IMG/VR virus record: IMGVR_UViG_3300017903_003153
Location: 1-28,623 of that record
Length of the DNA: 28,623 bases
Direction: 5' to 3' (one strand)
Origin: a virus
Lineage: Duplodnaviria; Caudoviricetes
Shown here: piece by piece, positions 8,793-15,049 of the stretch
Layout of the letters: each line of letters opens with the position of its first letter
How positions within the stretch are numbered: the stretch's first letter is position 1
Made by a program: the position numbers and the translations under genes
Notes under the pieces: model-generated
Seen by the model: the letters and a program-made list of their open reading frames with translations, nothing else
Told to the model about the DNA's origin: nothing
Database searches by the model: none

Positions 8793-8811
8793 CCCGCTTA
8801 CGCGGGCTTTT
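8791..8811 (+). terminator. Terminator hairpin between convergent genes
   Basis: AGCCCGC-TTAC-GCGGGCT followed by TTT. Confidence 0.75.
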
Positions 8812-8816
8812 CTATC

Positions 8817-9113
8817 TTATGGACACTCCGACTCAATTTTTTCGATGAGCCTTTTTAAGTACCAAAGACTTTTTTCAGCGTCCTGCTTTGCGTTTTCCTT
8901 ATGCCACAGACGCAACATGTACTTCAGTACTTGACCTTGAAGCATTCCTGCAACTACGCTGGGTGCCGCAGCGATCGAGTCTTCAATAACGTCAATCACT
9001 TCCACCCCTTTCAATTGGGTGTAGTGAGCCGGACTGTTGACCATATCGACCTGCTTCTCTCCTTCGTAATTGTCATATGCATCCAGTTCTTTCAACATTG
9101 ATTCATAGTCCAT
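8817..9113 (-). CDS. DUF3310 / T7 gp1.7-like nucleotide kinase family protein
   Basis: DMVNSPAHY, VEVIDVI, GQVLKYMLR..K..QDAEKSLWYLKRLI. Confidence 0.85.
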   Translation of the reverse strand: MDYESMLKELDAYDNYEGEKQVDMVNSPAHYTQLKGVEVIDVIEDSIAAAPSVVAGMLQGQVLKYMLRLWHKENAKQDAEKSLWYLKRLIEKIESECP

Positions 9114-9119
9114 GGTTAT

Positions 9120-9148
9120 CCACATATTGTGATCTACGCCCTTAATAT
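9120..9148 (+). promoter_or_regulatory. Phage-type promoter copy 5: CCACATAT-N15-TAATAT
   Basis: CCAC 9120, TAATAT 9143, ATG 9174. Confidence 0.6.
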
Positions 9149-9173
9149 AGTGGGGCGTGAGCAGTTTTGTGAT

Positions 9174-9725
9174 ATGCCAAGTCCAAAAGGTGATCCCACC
9201 TACATCAAAAATAAAGAGAAGTTCTTTATGGATGTAGCCAAGGTTATTAGCAACGGTTCAACTCATCCAAAAGTACAAGGGGGTTGTGTCCTTACCCGTG
9301 ATCGCGAGATTATTGGTGATGGTCGATCTCTGCTTACTCATTCAAAAAATGAGATTTGCTGTGTTGGCCATGCCGTGGCAGCTGCTGCTAAAAGAGGCAC
9401 GCCAACTACTGGTGCTGTTGTCTACACAACCCGTTATCCATTTAGTCAGTCTGTCTTTCAGTGTCATGTGATGGGTATCCGCCAGATCTACGTTCTTGCC
9501 CATGAATGGGAGGCTTTTTATAAGGATGAATTTCGCCGTGCCGCTCGCCTTGCCCGTGATGTAAATCTGTCCATTGAACCGGTATTTGACAACGAGGATC
9601 CTCGTTTTGCTCAAAATGCTCAGGACATCATGGATAAGCAGGTTGATACATCCCTCTATACCAATGCCTACAAACCAGATGAGTACGACCCAGAAGAGCA
9701 AAAAGACATCCGAGACGAAGACTGA
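9174..9725 (+). CDS. dCMP deaminase-fold protein lacking HAE and PCxxC
   Basis: FFMDVAKVISNGST..GCVLTRDREIIGDG..AVAAAAKRGTPTTGAVVYTTRYP..GIRQIY; HAE reads CCV and PCxxC reads PFSQS. Confidence 0.75.
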   Translation: MPSPKGDPTYIKNKEKFFMDVAKVISNGSTHPKVQGGCVLTRDREIIGDGRSLLTHSKNEICCVGHAVAAAAKRGTPTTGAVVYTTRYPFSQSVFQCHVMGIRQIYVLAHEWEAFYKDEFRRAARLARDVNLSIEPVFDNEDPRFAQNAQDIMDKQVDTSLYTNAYKPDEYDPEEQKDIRDED

Positions 9726-10242
9726 GCTCCTGTTTGATATTGAATCGACTGGGCTTCTTCGTGAGGGTTCACGAATCCACTGTATTGTTGCCCGTGATTT
9801 GAGTGATCCTGAGACACCACTCGTCTTTGATCACCGACCTGATCGCGAGTTGCTTGTTGGTGTTCACCAGATCATGCAGGCTGATGTACTCATTGGCCAC
9901 AATATCTTGGATTATGACCTGCCTCTTCTCAAGGAACGTTATCCAGATCTAGACCCTCAGGGTGAAAAGCTGGACACCCTTGTCCTGAGCAGACTGTTCT
10001 ATCCGCATATCAAGGAGCGTGATTTTGACCGTCGCCCAGATGGCATGCCGCTCAAGCTCTATGGCAGACATAGTCTTGAGGCATGGGGTTACCGTTTGAA
10101 GTGCTTCAAAGGTGACTACGGCAAAGGTGTAAACGCCTGGGATAAGTACACCCCTGAAATGCTTGATTATTGCAAGCAGGACACTGAGGTGACATACAAG
10201 CTCTATCTACATTTCAAAAACAGGATGAATAACCATGCTTGA
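9679..10242 (+). CDS. 3'-5' proofreading exonuclease subunit of a split family A DNA polymerase
   Basis: ExoI FDIES, ExoII GHNILDYD, HSLEAWGYRL, ExoIII YCKQD; ATG 9679 preferred. Confidence 0.9.
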   Translation: MSTTQKSKKTSETKTELLFDIESTGLLREGSRIHCIVARDLSDPETPLVFDHRPDRELLVGVHQIMQADVLIGHNILDYDLPLLKERYPDLDPQGEKLDTLVLSRLFYPHIKERDFDRRPDGMPLKLYGRHSLEAWGYRLKCFKGDYGKGVNAWDKYTPEMLDYCKQDTEVTYKLYLHFKNRMNNHA

Positions 10243-11551
10243 TTACGTTGCACTCGAAATGCGGATGGCTGAGCTGATGGCTGTCCAGCAACGCAGTGGT
10301 TTCCGCTTCGACTTGGAGCGTGCCATCCAGGTTCGTGGAGAGCTCCAACAAGAGTTCGATGACCTTCAGCAGAAGATCCTGACCAAGTTTCCCTATGTCG
10401 CAGGCAAGGTGTTTACTCCTAAGCGTGCTGACAAGAAGAAGGGCTATGTGGCGGGTGCACCGATGACGCGTCTCGAGGTGTTCAATCCGACCAGCCGGCA
10501 GAACATCTCTTGGGCACTTCAAACATTTCGCAACGCTCGCTTTACCAAGGTCACCGATACAGGCAAGCCGAAGGTTGATGAAGCAGCACTCGGTGAGCTC
10601 CAAGAGCGTGCTTTACAGGAGGACAACCAGCTACTTCACGAGGAATGCGGGATGTTCATCCGTCTGCTTACCCTCCAAAAGTGGCTTGGGCAGCTGTCTG
10701 AAGGCTCCAATAGCTGGTTCAACACGATTGAGGGTGATGGCTGCATTCACCATTCCTGCACACTGAACACACAGACGGCTAGAAATGCTCACCGTGGGCC
10801 GAATCTTGGTCAAGTTGTGAGTGCACCCTGGGCACGGCAGCTCTTCATCCCGCATCCCGGTCATCTTATGGTCGGTTGCGACCTTGAAGGACTTGAGCTT
10901 AGGGCGCTTGGGGGGTACTTGCACCGTTTTGATGGAGGCTCCTTTGCTGACGTCGTGATTAACGGTGATATTCACCAACAGAATGCCGACAGAGTAAGTA
11001 CCCCAGAAGTCCCTGTCTCTCGCAAGGCAGTGAAAAATTTAACTTATGGGTTCATCTATGGAGCTGGTGACCTCAAGCTGGGTCACATCATTAAGCCTGA
11101 ATACTCTGACGCAGCCAAAAAGTCTCTTGGGTCTGATCTTCGTAAGAAATTTCTTGAAGCTATCCCAGGTCTCGAGCCTCTGATTGATGCAGTCAAAGCT
11201 CGCGTGCGTGAGTACGGCTACATCAAGGGGCTTGATGGTCGCCCTATCTACACTCGCGCTGAGCACAGTGCGCTGAACTTCTTGCTTCAGTCATGTGGTG
11301 CGATTTTGAGCAAGCGGTGGTGCGTCATCTCACAGGACATGCTTGATGAAGCAGGCCTGACCTATGACGTGGACTACACCCGTTGTGCCTATGTGCATGA
11401 CGAGCAGCAGTTCTCTGTTGTGCCATCAGAAGCAGAGCGAGTCGCCAAGATCCTTGTCGATGCAGCACCCAGGGCTGGTCAGTACTATAACTTTAAAGTA
11501 CCAATCACAGCTTCATCCGATATCGGTAAAACCTGGGCTGACACTCACTAA
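10235..11551 (+). CDS. polA: Polymerase subunit of a T7-like family A DNA polymerase (Tyr762 type)
   Basis: Motif A DLEGLELR, motif B RKAVKNLTYGFIYG, motif C YVHDE; FNPTSR; ALNFLLQS. Confidence 0.93.
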   Translation: MLDYVALEMRMAELMAVQQRSGFRFDLERAIQVRGELQQEFDDLQQKILTKFPYVAGKVFTPKRADKKKGYVAGAPMTRLEVFNPTSRQNISWALQTFRNARFTKVTDTGKPKVDEAALGELQERALQEDNQLLHEECGMFIRLLTLQKWLGQLSEGSNSWFNTIEGDGCIHHSCTLNTQTARNAHRGPNLGQVVSAPWARQLFIPHPGHLMVGCDLEGLELRALGGYLHRFDGGSFADVVINGDIHQQNADRVSTPEVPVSRKAVKNLTYGFIYGAGDLKLGHIIKPEYSDAAKKSLGSDLRKKFLEAIPGLEPLIDAVKARVREYGYIKGLDGRPIYTRAEHSALNFLLQSCGAILSKRWCVISQDMLDEAGLTYDVDYTRCAYVHDEQQFSVVPSEAERVAKILVDAAPRAGQYYNFKVPITASSDIGKTWADTH

Positions 11552-11584
11552 TTGTTACCATGTACCTAAACAGAAGATTTTCAT

Positions 11585-11974
11585 ATGAAAAAATTAAGCA
11601 ATGAAGAGATATATAATGATCCTGAACTTATGGAGGCTGTTGGACATTATATTCGAAACCAGATTATCGACGAAAGTTATTCGCGATTACGCTATCAGGG
11701 CAAAAGCCATGAAGATGCAATGATCGGTGCCCGCCGTGAAGCTGGCATCAAGGTCAAACCTAATACTAAGATTGGTCGTGAAAGTTATGCCAACGCCATG
11801 ATGGCAAAAGACTACCGTGATAAACAAAAACTTTTATCCGTAGCCTCTAATGAAAAGCGGAAAGCAGGTGCCCTAATTGCAGCAATCCTTGGTTCTGGAG
11901 CTGCTGGTTTAGCCCTTGCTGACCTATTAAATATCGACAATGTGCAAGCTGATGATGAATCAACCTATATGTAA
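11585..11974 (+). CDS. Hypothetical protein with C-terminal hydrophobic segment
   Basis: TGnTACCAT extended -10 at 11553-11561; ALIAAILGSGAAGLALADLL. Confidence 0.7.
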   Translation: MKKLSNEEIYNDPELMEAVGHYIRNQIIDESYSRLRYQGKSHEDAMIGARREAGIKVKPNTKIGRESYANAMMAKDYRDKQKLLSVASNEKRKAGALIAAILGSGAAGLALADLLNIDNVQADDESTYM

Positions 11975-12055
11975 TGATCCTGAGTTTATGTGGGGTGCTA
12001 ACGCTAGTATCTTATTTTTTATTTGAGAAGCAAGGTTGATGGTCCATGTCCTAAC

Positions 12056-12072
12056 GTAAAATTTGCTACACT
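12056..12072 (+). promoter_or_regulatory. NtcA-type box (GTA-N8-TAC) overlapping an extended -10 (TGnTACACT)
   Basis: GTAAAATTTGCTAC at 12056-12069; TACACT at 12067-12072. Confidence 0.65.
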
Positions 12073-12081
12073 TTAATCAAG

Positions 12082-12137
12082 TGCGTTGAACCTTTAGCTA
12101 GGTCGCAAGTAACCCCAGAAGGGGGCGAAGCAACGGG
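12082..12137 (+). ncRNA. Glutamine riboswitch class I (glnA RNA motif)
   Basis: P1 CGTTG/CAACG, P2 ACCT/AGGT, junction CGCAAGTAA, P3 CCCC/GGGG, GAAG; directly upstream of a DUF4278-like gene. Confidence 0.85.
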
Positions 12138-12167
12138 AATTCATTCACACTTATTGAGGACAACCCA

Positions 12168-12353
12168 ATGACTTCTCTCGAACTTCGGGCTATTGAAAAG
12201 GCTCGTTCTGAGTTCAAGCGTGCACGCAAAGAACTTCAGCGTGTGCGTCTTTCCGAAACCGCTTATCGCGGTGTACCCTACTGCACTGATGTAATCAGTG
12301 GCAATAAGCCCCATTCTAACTGTGTTTATCGCGGTGTTTCTTACATCAACTGA
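12168..12353 (+). CDS. DUF4278-like small protein (two YRGVxY motifs; gifB/IF17-related family)
   Basis: AYRGVPY and VYRGVSY; SD GAGGA at 12156-12160. Confidence 0.8.
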   Translation: MTSLELRAIEKARSEFKRARKELQRVRLSETAYRGVPYCTDVISGNKPHSNCVYRGVSYIN

Positions 12354-12533
12354 TTAACCAACAAACCCTAGTGGTTCGAGGGGGCGCACAGGCTGCACTC
12401 CCTCCAATTCTTTCAACATCTCAGGATCTCTAAGTGGTTCAAGTGCTTGTAAATCTTCAAGTGGCACAACACCGCGTATTCCTGGTAGTCCTGTCAGGTC
12501 TACACCTAATCTCACCCCAGCTACTCTACGCAT
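12354..12533 (-). CDS. 59-aa hypothetical protein (MRRVAGVRLGVDLTGLPG...), not in ORF track
   Basis: Translated by hand; TAACAT -10 about 26 nt upstream. Confidence 0.6.
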   Translation of the reverse strand: MRRVAGVRLGVDLTGLPGIRGVVPLEDLQALEPLRDPEMLKELEGVQPVRPLEPLGFVG

Positions 12534-12573
12534 TTAATGTCAAGCAATACCTCACTTAATGTTAACTAATTAG

Positions 12574-12720
12574 TTACTTTGCTTCGATATTTTCTGGTAT
12601 GTAATAGTCTTTATATCCAGCACATTCAGCTATTTCTTTGTGAAGTTCCCAGTAGCGTTCGTACCAATCGGGTACTAAGCCGGAATGTGGTAACACAAAA
12701 TAATCGTATTCGTTCTTCAT
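12574..12720 (-). CDS. 48-aa hypothetical protein (MKNEYDYFVLPHSG...), not in ORF track
   Basis: Translated by hand; fills the gap in the minus-strand run. Confidence 0.5.
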   Translation of the reverse strand: MKNEYDYFVLPHSGLVPDWYERYWELHKEIAECAGYKDYYIPENIEAK

Positions 12721-12743
12721 TAATAACTTAACTAGCTTTTCCA

Positions 12744-13022
12744 TTAGTCGGGCACAAACGATTCAGCTCTTCTGTTTTCCATTCCGAGTTGACGCATTCT
12801 TTGCTGCTGAATTGCAATATCACCAAAGAACTCATTGCGTGGCGTCCTGCTTTGTGTGTTAGGTGGACGATTTCGTTCATACTTTTGACGTCCGCGATAA
12901 GCACGGGTTCTGGCTAAAGCTCTTTGAGCCATTGAGTGCATGCCGCTTCTGTTATATAAAGCCTTGTCTTCATCTGACAATCTCCGCCGGTCAATTGGCG
13001 GATTCATTACGTTTACAGACAT
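12744..13022 (-). CDS. Arg-rich hypothetical protein
   Basis: TAAAAT -10 at 13043-13048 (minus strand). Confidence 0.65.
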   Translation of the reverse strand: MSVNVMNPPIDRRRLSDEDKALYNRSGMHSMAQRALARTRAYRGRQKYERNRPPNTQSRTPRNEFFGDIAIQQQRMRQLGMENRRAESFVPD

Positions 13023-13045
13023 GTGGCATTCTCTTTATTTCTATT

Positions 13046-13216
13046 TTATCTACTCTCGCAATTGATCTCGTCATCACAATCAAAACACGTGACCCACGTT
13101 GCGTCATATTTTAAAAGCTCCTTAGGCAGTAGCCCTTGGAGCTCTTGAATTGCTGCAATCTGATGAGATAGACCTTTGTATTTTTTGAAGTAATCGATCA
13201 GCTTTATTTGCCGCAT
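13046..13216 (-). CDS. 56-aa protein resembling the N-terminal accessory domain of cyanophage endolysins, not in ORF track
   Basis: MRQIKLIDYFKKYKGLSHQIAAIQELQGLLPKELLKYDATW; TGATG overlap with upstream gene. Confidence 0.6.
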   Translation of the reverse strand: MRQIKLIDYFKKYKGLSHQIAAIQELQGLLPKELLKYDATWVTCFDCDDEINCESR

Positions 13217-13461
13217 CAGATACCTACTGTCTGATTGAGTTTTTGAACTGCTTTTGCAACTGGCATCAGTGTTGCCAGTACTTTCTTGGAGTACTCCTCA
13301 TCACGCTTCGTGTCGTACTCCTTAATGTTCTCCAGGTCGTCCATGACCAACTCAATTTCTTCCTCCATACCGTTGACCTTATCTTCGACAACTTTCAACT
13401 GCAACTTAGTGAACTTGAGACTAACGAGCAGGGCCAGGATAGGTCCGACAATATATTCCAT
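13216..13461 (-). CDS. N-terminal membrane anchor plus coiled-coil protein
   Basis: MEYIVGPILALLVSL then heptads; TAGAAT at 13484-13489. Confidence 0.7.
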   Translation of the reverse strand: MEYIVGPILALLVSLKFTKLQLKVVEDKVNGMEEEIELVMDDLENIKEYDTKRDEEYSKKVLATLMPVAKAVQKLNQTVGI

Positions 13462-13496
13462 TTGTTGATGTCAATTCAATTGAATTCTAACCAAAT

Positions 13497-13835
13497 TCAA
13501 ACGAATGTGAGACCATCATCATCAAGATCGTCAAACTCATAACCTGCATCTTCAATATCGGTTGGCATCTCGTCATCCTCGGCGCTATTCATAATAAGCA
13601 GGTCCATAAACGTTTCTTCAGAAATGATTTCTGGCATCCCATTCGTGATTTCATCAACCTTGAAGACAATACCGTTCTGCATCAGAGTCTGTTGAATCCC
13701 GTTTTTCTGTTCCATCCGACTCTTCAATAATCGAAGTGCTGTCAATTCCAGAGCAGGGCGGCTCATCTTCGCCATTTCGTAGCGTGCTCTGCTTAATGCA
13801 AATCGTTGCTCGATCGTCAAGTCGTTCATGGTCAT
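13497..13835 (-). CDS. NblA-like protein with acidic C-terminal extension
   Basis: LTIEQRFAL..MSRPAL..LLKSRMEQKNGIQQTL fits the NblA L(S/T)xEQxFxL..MSRxQ..M..xN helix-loop-helix pattern. Confidence 0.55.
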   Translation of the reverse strand: MTMNDLTIEQRFALSRARYEMAKMSRPALELTALRLLKSRMEQKNGIQQTLMQNGIVFKVDEITNGMPEIISEETFMDLLIMNSAEDDEMPTDIEDAGYEFDDLDDDGLTFV

Positions 13836-14175
13836 GATTCAAAAAGCGCTTATTTGTGGTCCACTCGGTAATTAGATCAGCTGCGTCTTGATTAAAAAAC
13901 GGCTGCTCCTTGAACCAATCATACCAGTCTGTTCTATTACCTTTTGATTTTTGGCAGTCAACACAGCACGGAACTAGATTGCTTCGGAGACTACTACCAC
14001 CACGCGAGCGCGGATGAACGTGATCTAGTGAAGTAGCTTTTTTATTTCTGCAATAAGCACAGAGCCCTCCCCAACTCCATCTAATTTCATAACGCCATTG
14101 ACGTTTTGCATTTCGTTTCGTCAGGTGATCCAGGTTGAACAGAAGTTCTCCCCAGTGCTCTGCATATTGTGCCAT
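13654..14175 (-). CDS. HNH endonuclease
   Basis: CAYC..LDHVHPRSRGG..SNLVPCCVDCQKSKG; ATG 14175 preferred; TAGACT upstream. Confidence 0.85.
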   Translation of the reverse strand: MAQYAEHWGELLFNLDHLTKRNAKRQWRYEIRWSWGGLCAYCRNKKATSLDHVHPRSRGGSSLRSNLVPCCVDCQKSKGNRTDWYDWFKEQPFFNQDAADLITEWTTNKRFLNHDHERLDDRATICIKQSTLRNGEDEPPCSGIDSTSIIEESDGTEKRDSTDSDAERYCLQG

Positions 14176-14219
14176 GAAGTTGCTTAACAACTTACCACTA
14201 GTCTATATTTTGTTTGAGT

Positions 14220-14456
14220 CTAATTTTTTGTAAGTCCAGTAATTCGATCTAGTTTTTCTTCAATTCGTGTCATATGCAACTCAACCCGATCAAGCACCGC
14301 TGTGAAATCACTTTTGGACACGTAGGATTCAGCTACTCGAAGTTCTAGTCTGTCGATTCGTCTATCCAATTCTTTGATATTGCTGTTGACCTTTCCCATG
14401 AGGATAAATCCTCCTGAGATCAGAGCAACAGTACCAGTGAGTATTGGTTCAATCAT
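14220..14456 (-). CDS. TM plus coiled-coil protein (lysis-module-type membrane protein)
   Basis: Hydrophobic N-terminus; LDRRIDRLELRVAESYVSKSDF..RIEEKLD. Confidence 0.75.
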   Translation of the reverse strand: MIEPILTGTVALISGGFILMGKVNSNIKELDRRIDRLELRVAESYVSKSDFTAVLDRVELHMTRIEEKLDRITGLTKN

Positions 14457-14706
14457 GTTTTTTCACTGATGGATGTGAGTATGATATCGACCATCCTTCT
14501 TGTCCAAACTTTCCTTTTTCCTTGTAGATCGGTCGTGGATTTAGGTTTTGCTGCTTCTTATGCCAGTCCTTCTCCGCCTGATCCAGTTTTCTAGGCAGAG
14601 AGGTGTAGAACTTTCTTTCCTGCAGATAACGCCTGAAACGTTCCCGCTCTGTCATCGTGTTGTACCGGAACAGCCACTTTGCGTCCTTTGGTACAACCCC
14701 GTCTAC
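14449..14706 (-). CDS. Basic ORF, most likely made as a -1 frameshift extension of the 46-aa membrane protein
   Basis: Frame is open from just upstream of the slippery site through ATG 14655 to the stop at 14449. Confidence 0.65.
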   Translation of the reverse strand, partial: VDGVVPKDAKWLFRYNTMTERERFRRYLQERKFYTSLPRKLDQAEKDWHKKQQNLNPRPIYKEKGKFGQEGWSISYSHPSVKKHD

Positions 14707-14712
14707 TTTTTT
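14659..14712 (-). other. Programmed -1 ribosomal frameshift signal
   Basis: A_AAA_AAG (14712-14706) in correct phase before TAG, 8-nt spacer, stem GTTGTACC/GGTACAAC. Confidence 0.75.
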
Positions 14713-14843
14713 ACTGGCTTCAGCTTAGTGATCAGGCTCATGATCAGTTGAACCACACTATTATCCTTGAGTGGACTAATAGCAATAATTTCAGAAAGTG
14801 CAGCGACAATAATCCAAAGCTCGGCAGAATGTAGGAATTCCAT
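14703..14843 (-). CDS. 46-aa holin-like membrane protein (MEFLHSAELWIIVAALSEIIAISPLKDNSVVQLIMSLITKLKPVKK), not in ORF track
   Basis: Translated by hand; hydrophobic helix, SExxxxSPLKxNSxxQ motif, basic tail; TAGAAT at 14867-14872. Confidence 0.75.
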   Translation of the reverse strand: MEFLHSAELWIIVAALSEIIAISPLKDNSVVQLIMSLITKLKPVKK

Positions 14844-14911
14844 TGTTTTATAGCTGATTTTCTTTTATTCTAACTATATTTCTATGTATTCTCTGCTAAC
14901 ATCTTTTCGTT

Positions 14912-14995
14912 GGGACCATGGCGGAATTGGTAGACGCGCCGCACTTAAAATGCGTTCTCCGCAAGGAGGTGAGGGTTCAATTCCCTCTGGTCCCA
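14912..14995 (+). tRNA. tRNA-Leu (anticodon UAA), CCA not encoded
   Basis: Acceptor GGGACCA/TGGTCCC, D-loop TGGTAGAC, anticodon loop CTTAAAA, long variable arm CTCC-GCAA-GGAG, T arm GAGGG-TTCAATT-CCCTC; TGnTAACAT upstream. Confidence 0.95.
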
Positions 14996-15049
14996 CTGAC
15001 TTGACGGTCTTCGGTTTTCCGTTACAACTGGCACTGGCGTTCTCAGTGT

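Noticed and set aside
10214-10242. Programmed frameshift joining Exo and Pol
   Set aside because: It would need a +1 shift, no clear slippery site or stimulator is present, and an overlapping ATG explains the arrangement
901-11588. Many short antisense or alternate-frame ORFs in the track (e.g. 901-1197, 1178-1651, 4023-4298, 10214-10603)
   Set aside because: Shadows of well-supported genes, with no motifs or translation signals
11986-11996. Minus-strand ACCCCACATAA as a sixth CCAC promoter (also TTCCACATAA near 20004-20013)
   Set aside because: No TANNNT at the fixed 23-nt spacing; it could still be a binding site, but that is unsupported
14449-14843. Frameshift pair as a tail assembly chaperone (lambda G/GT type)
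   Set aside because: The upstream product is a 46-aa hydrophobic protein, and no major tail or tape-measure gene flanks it
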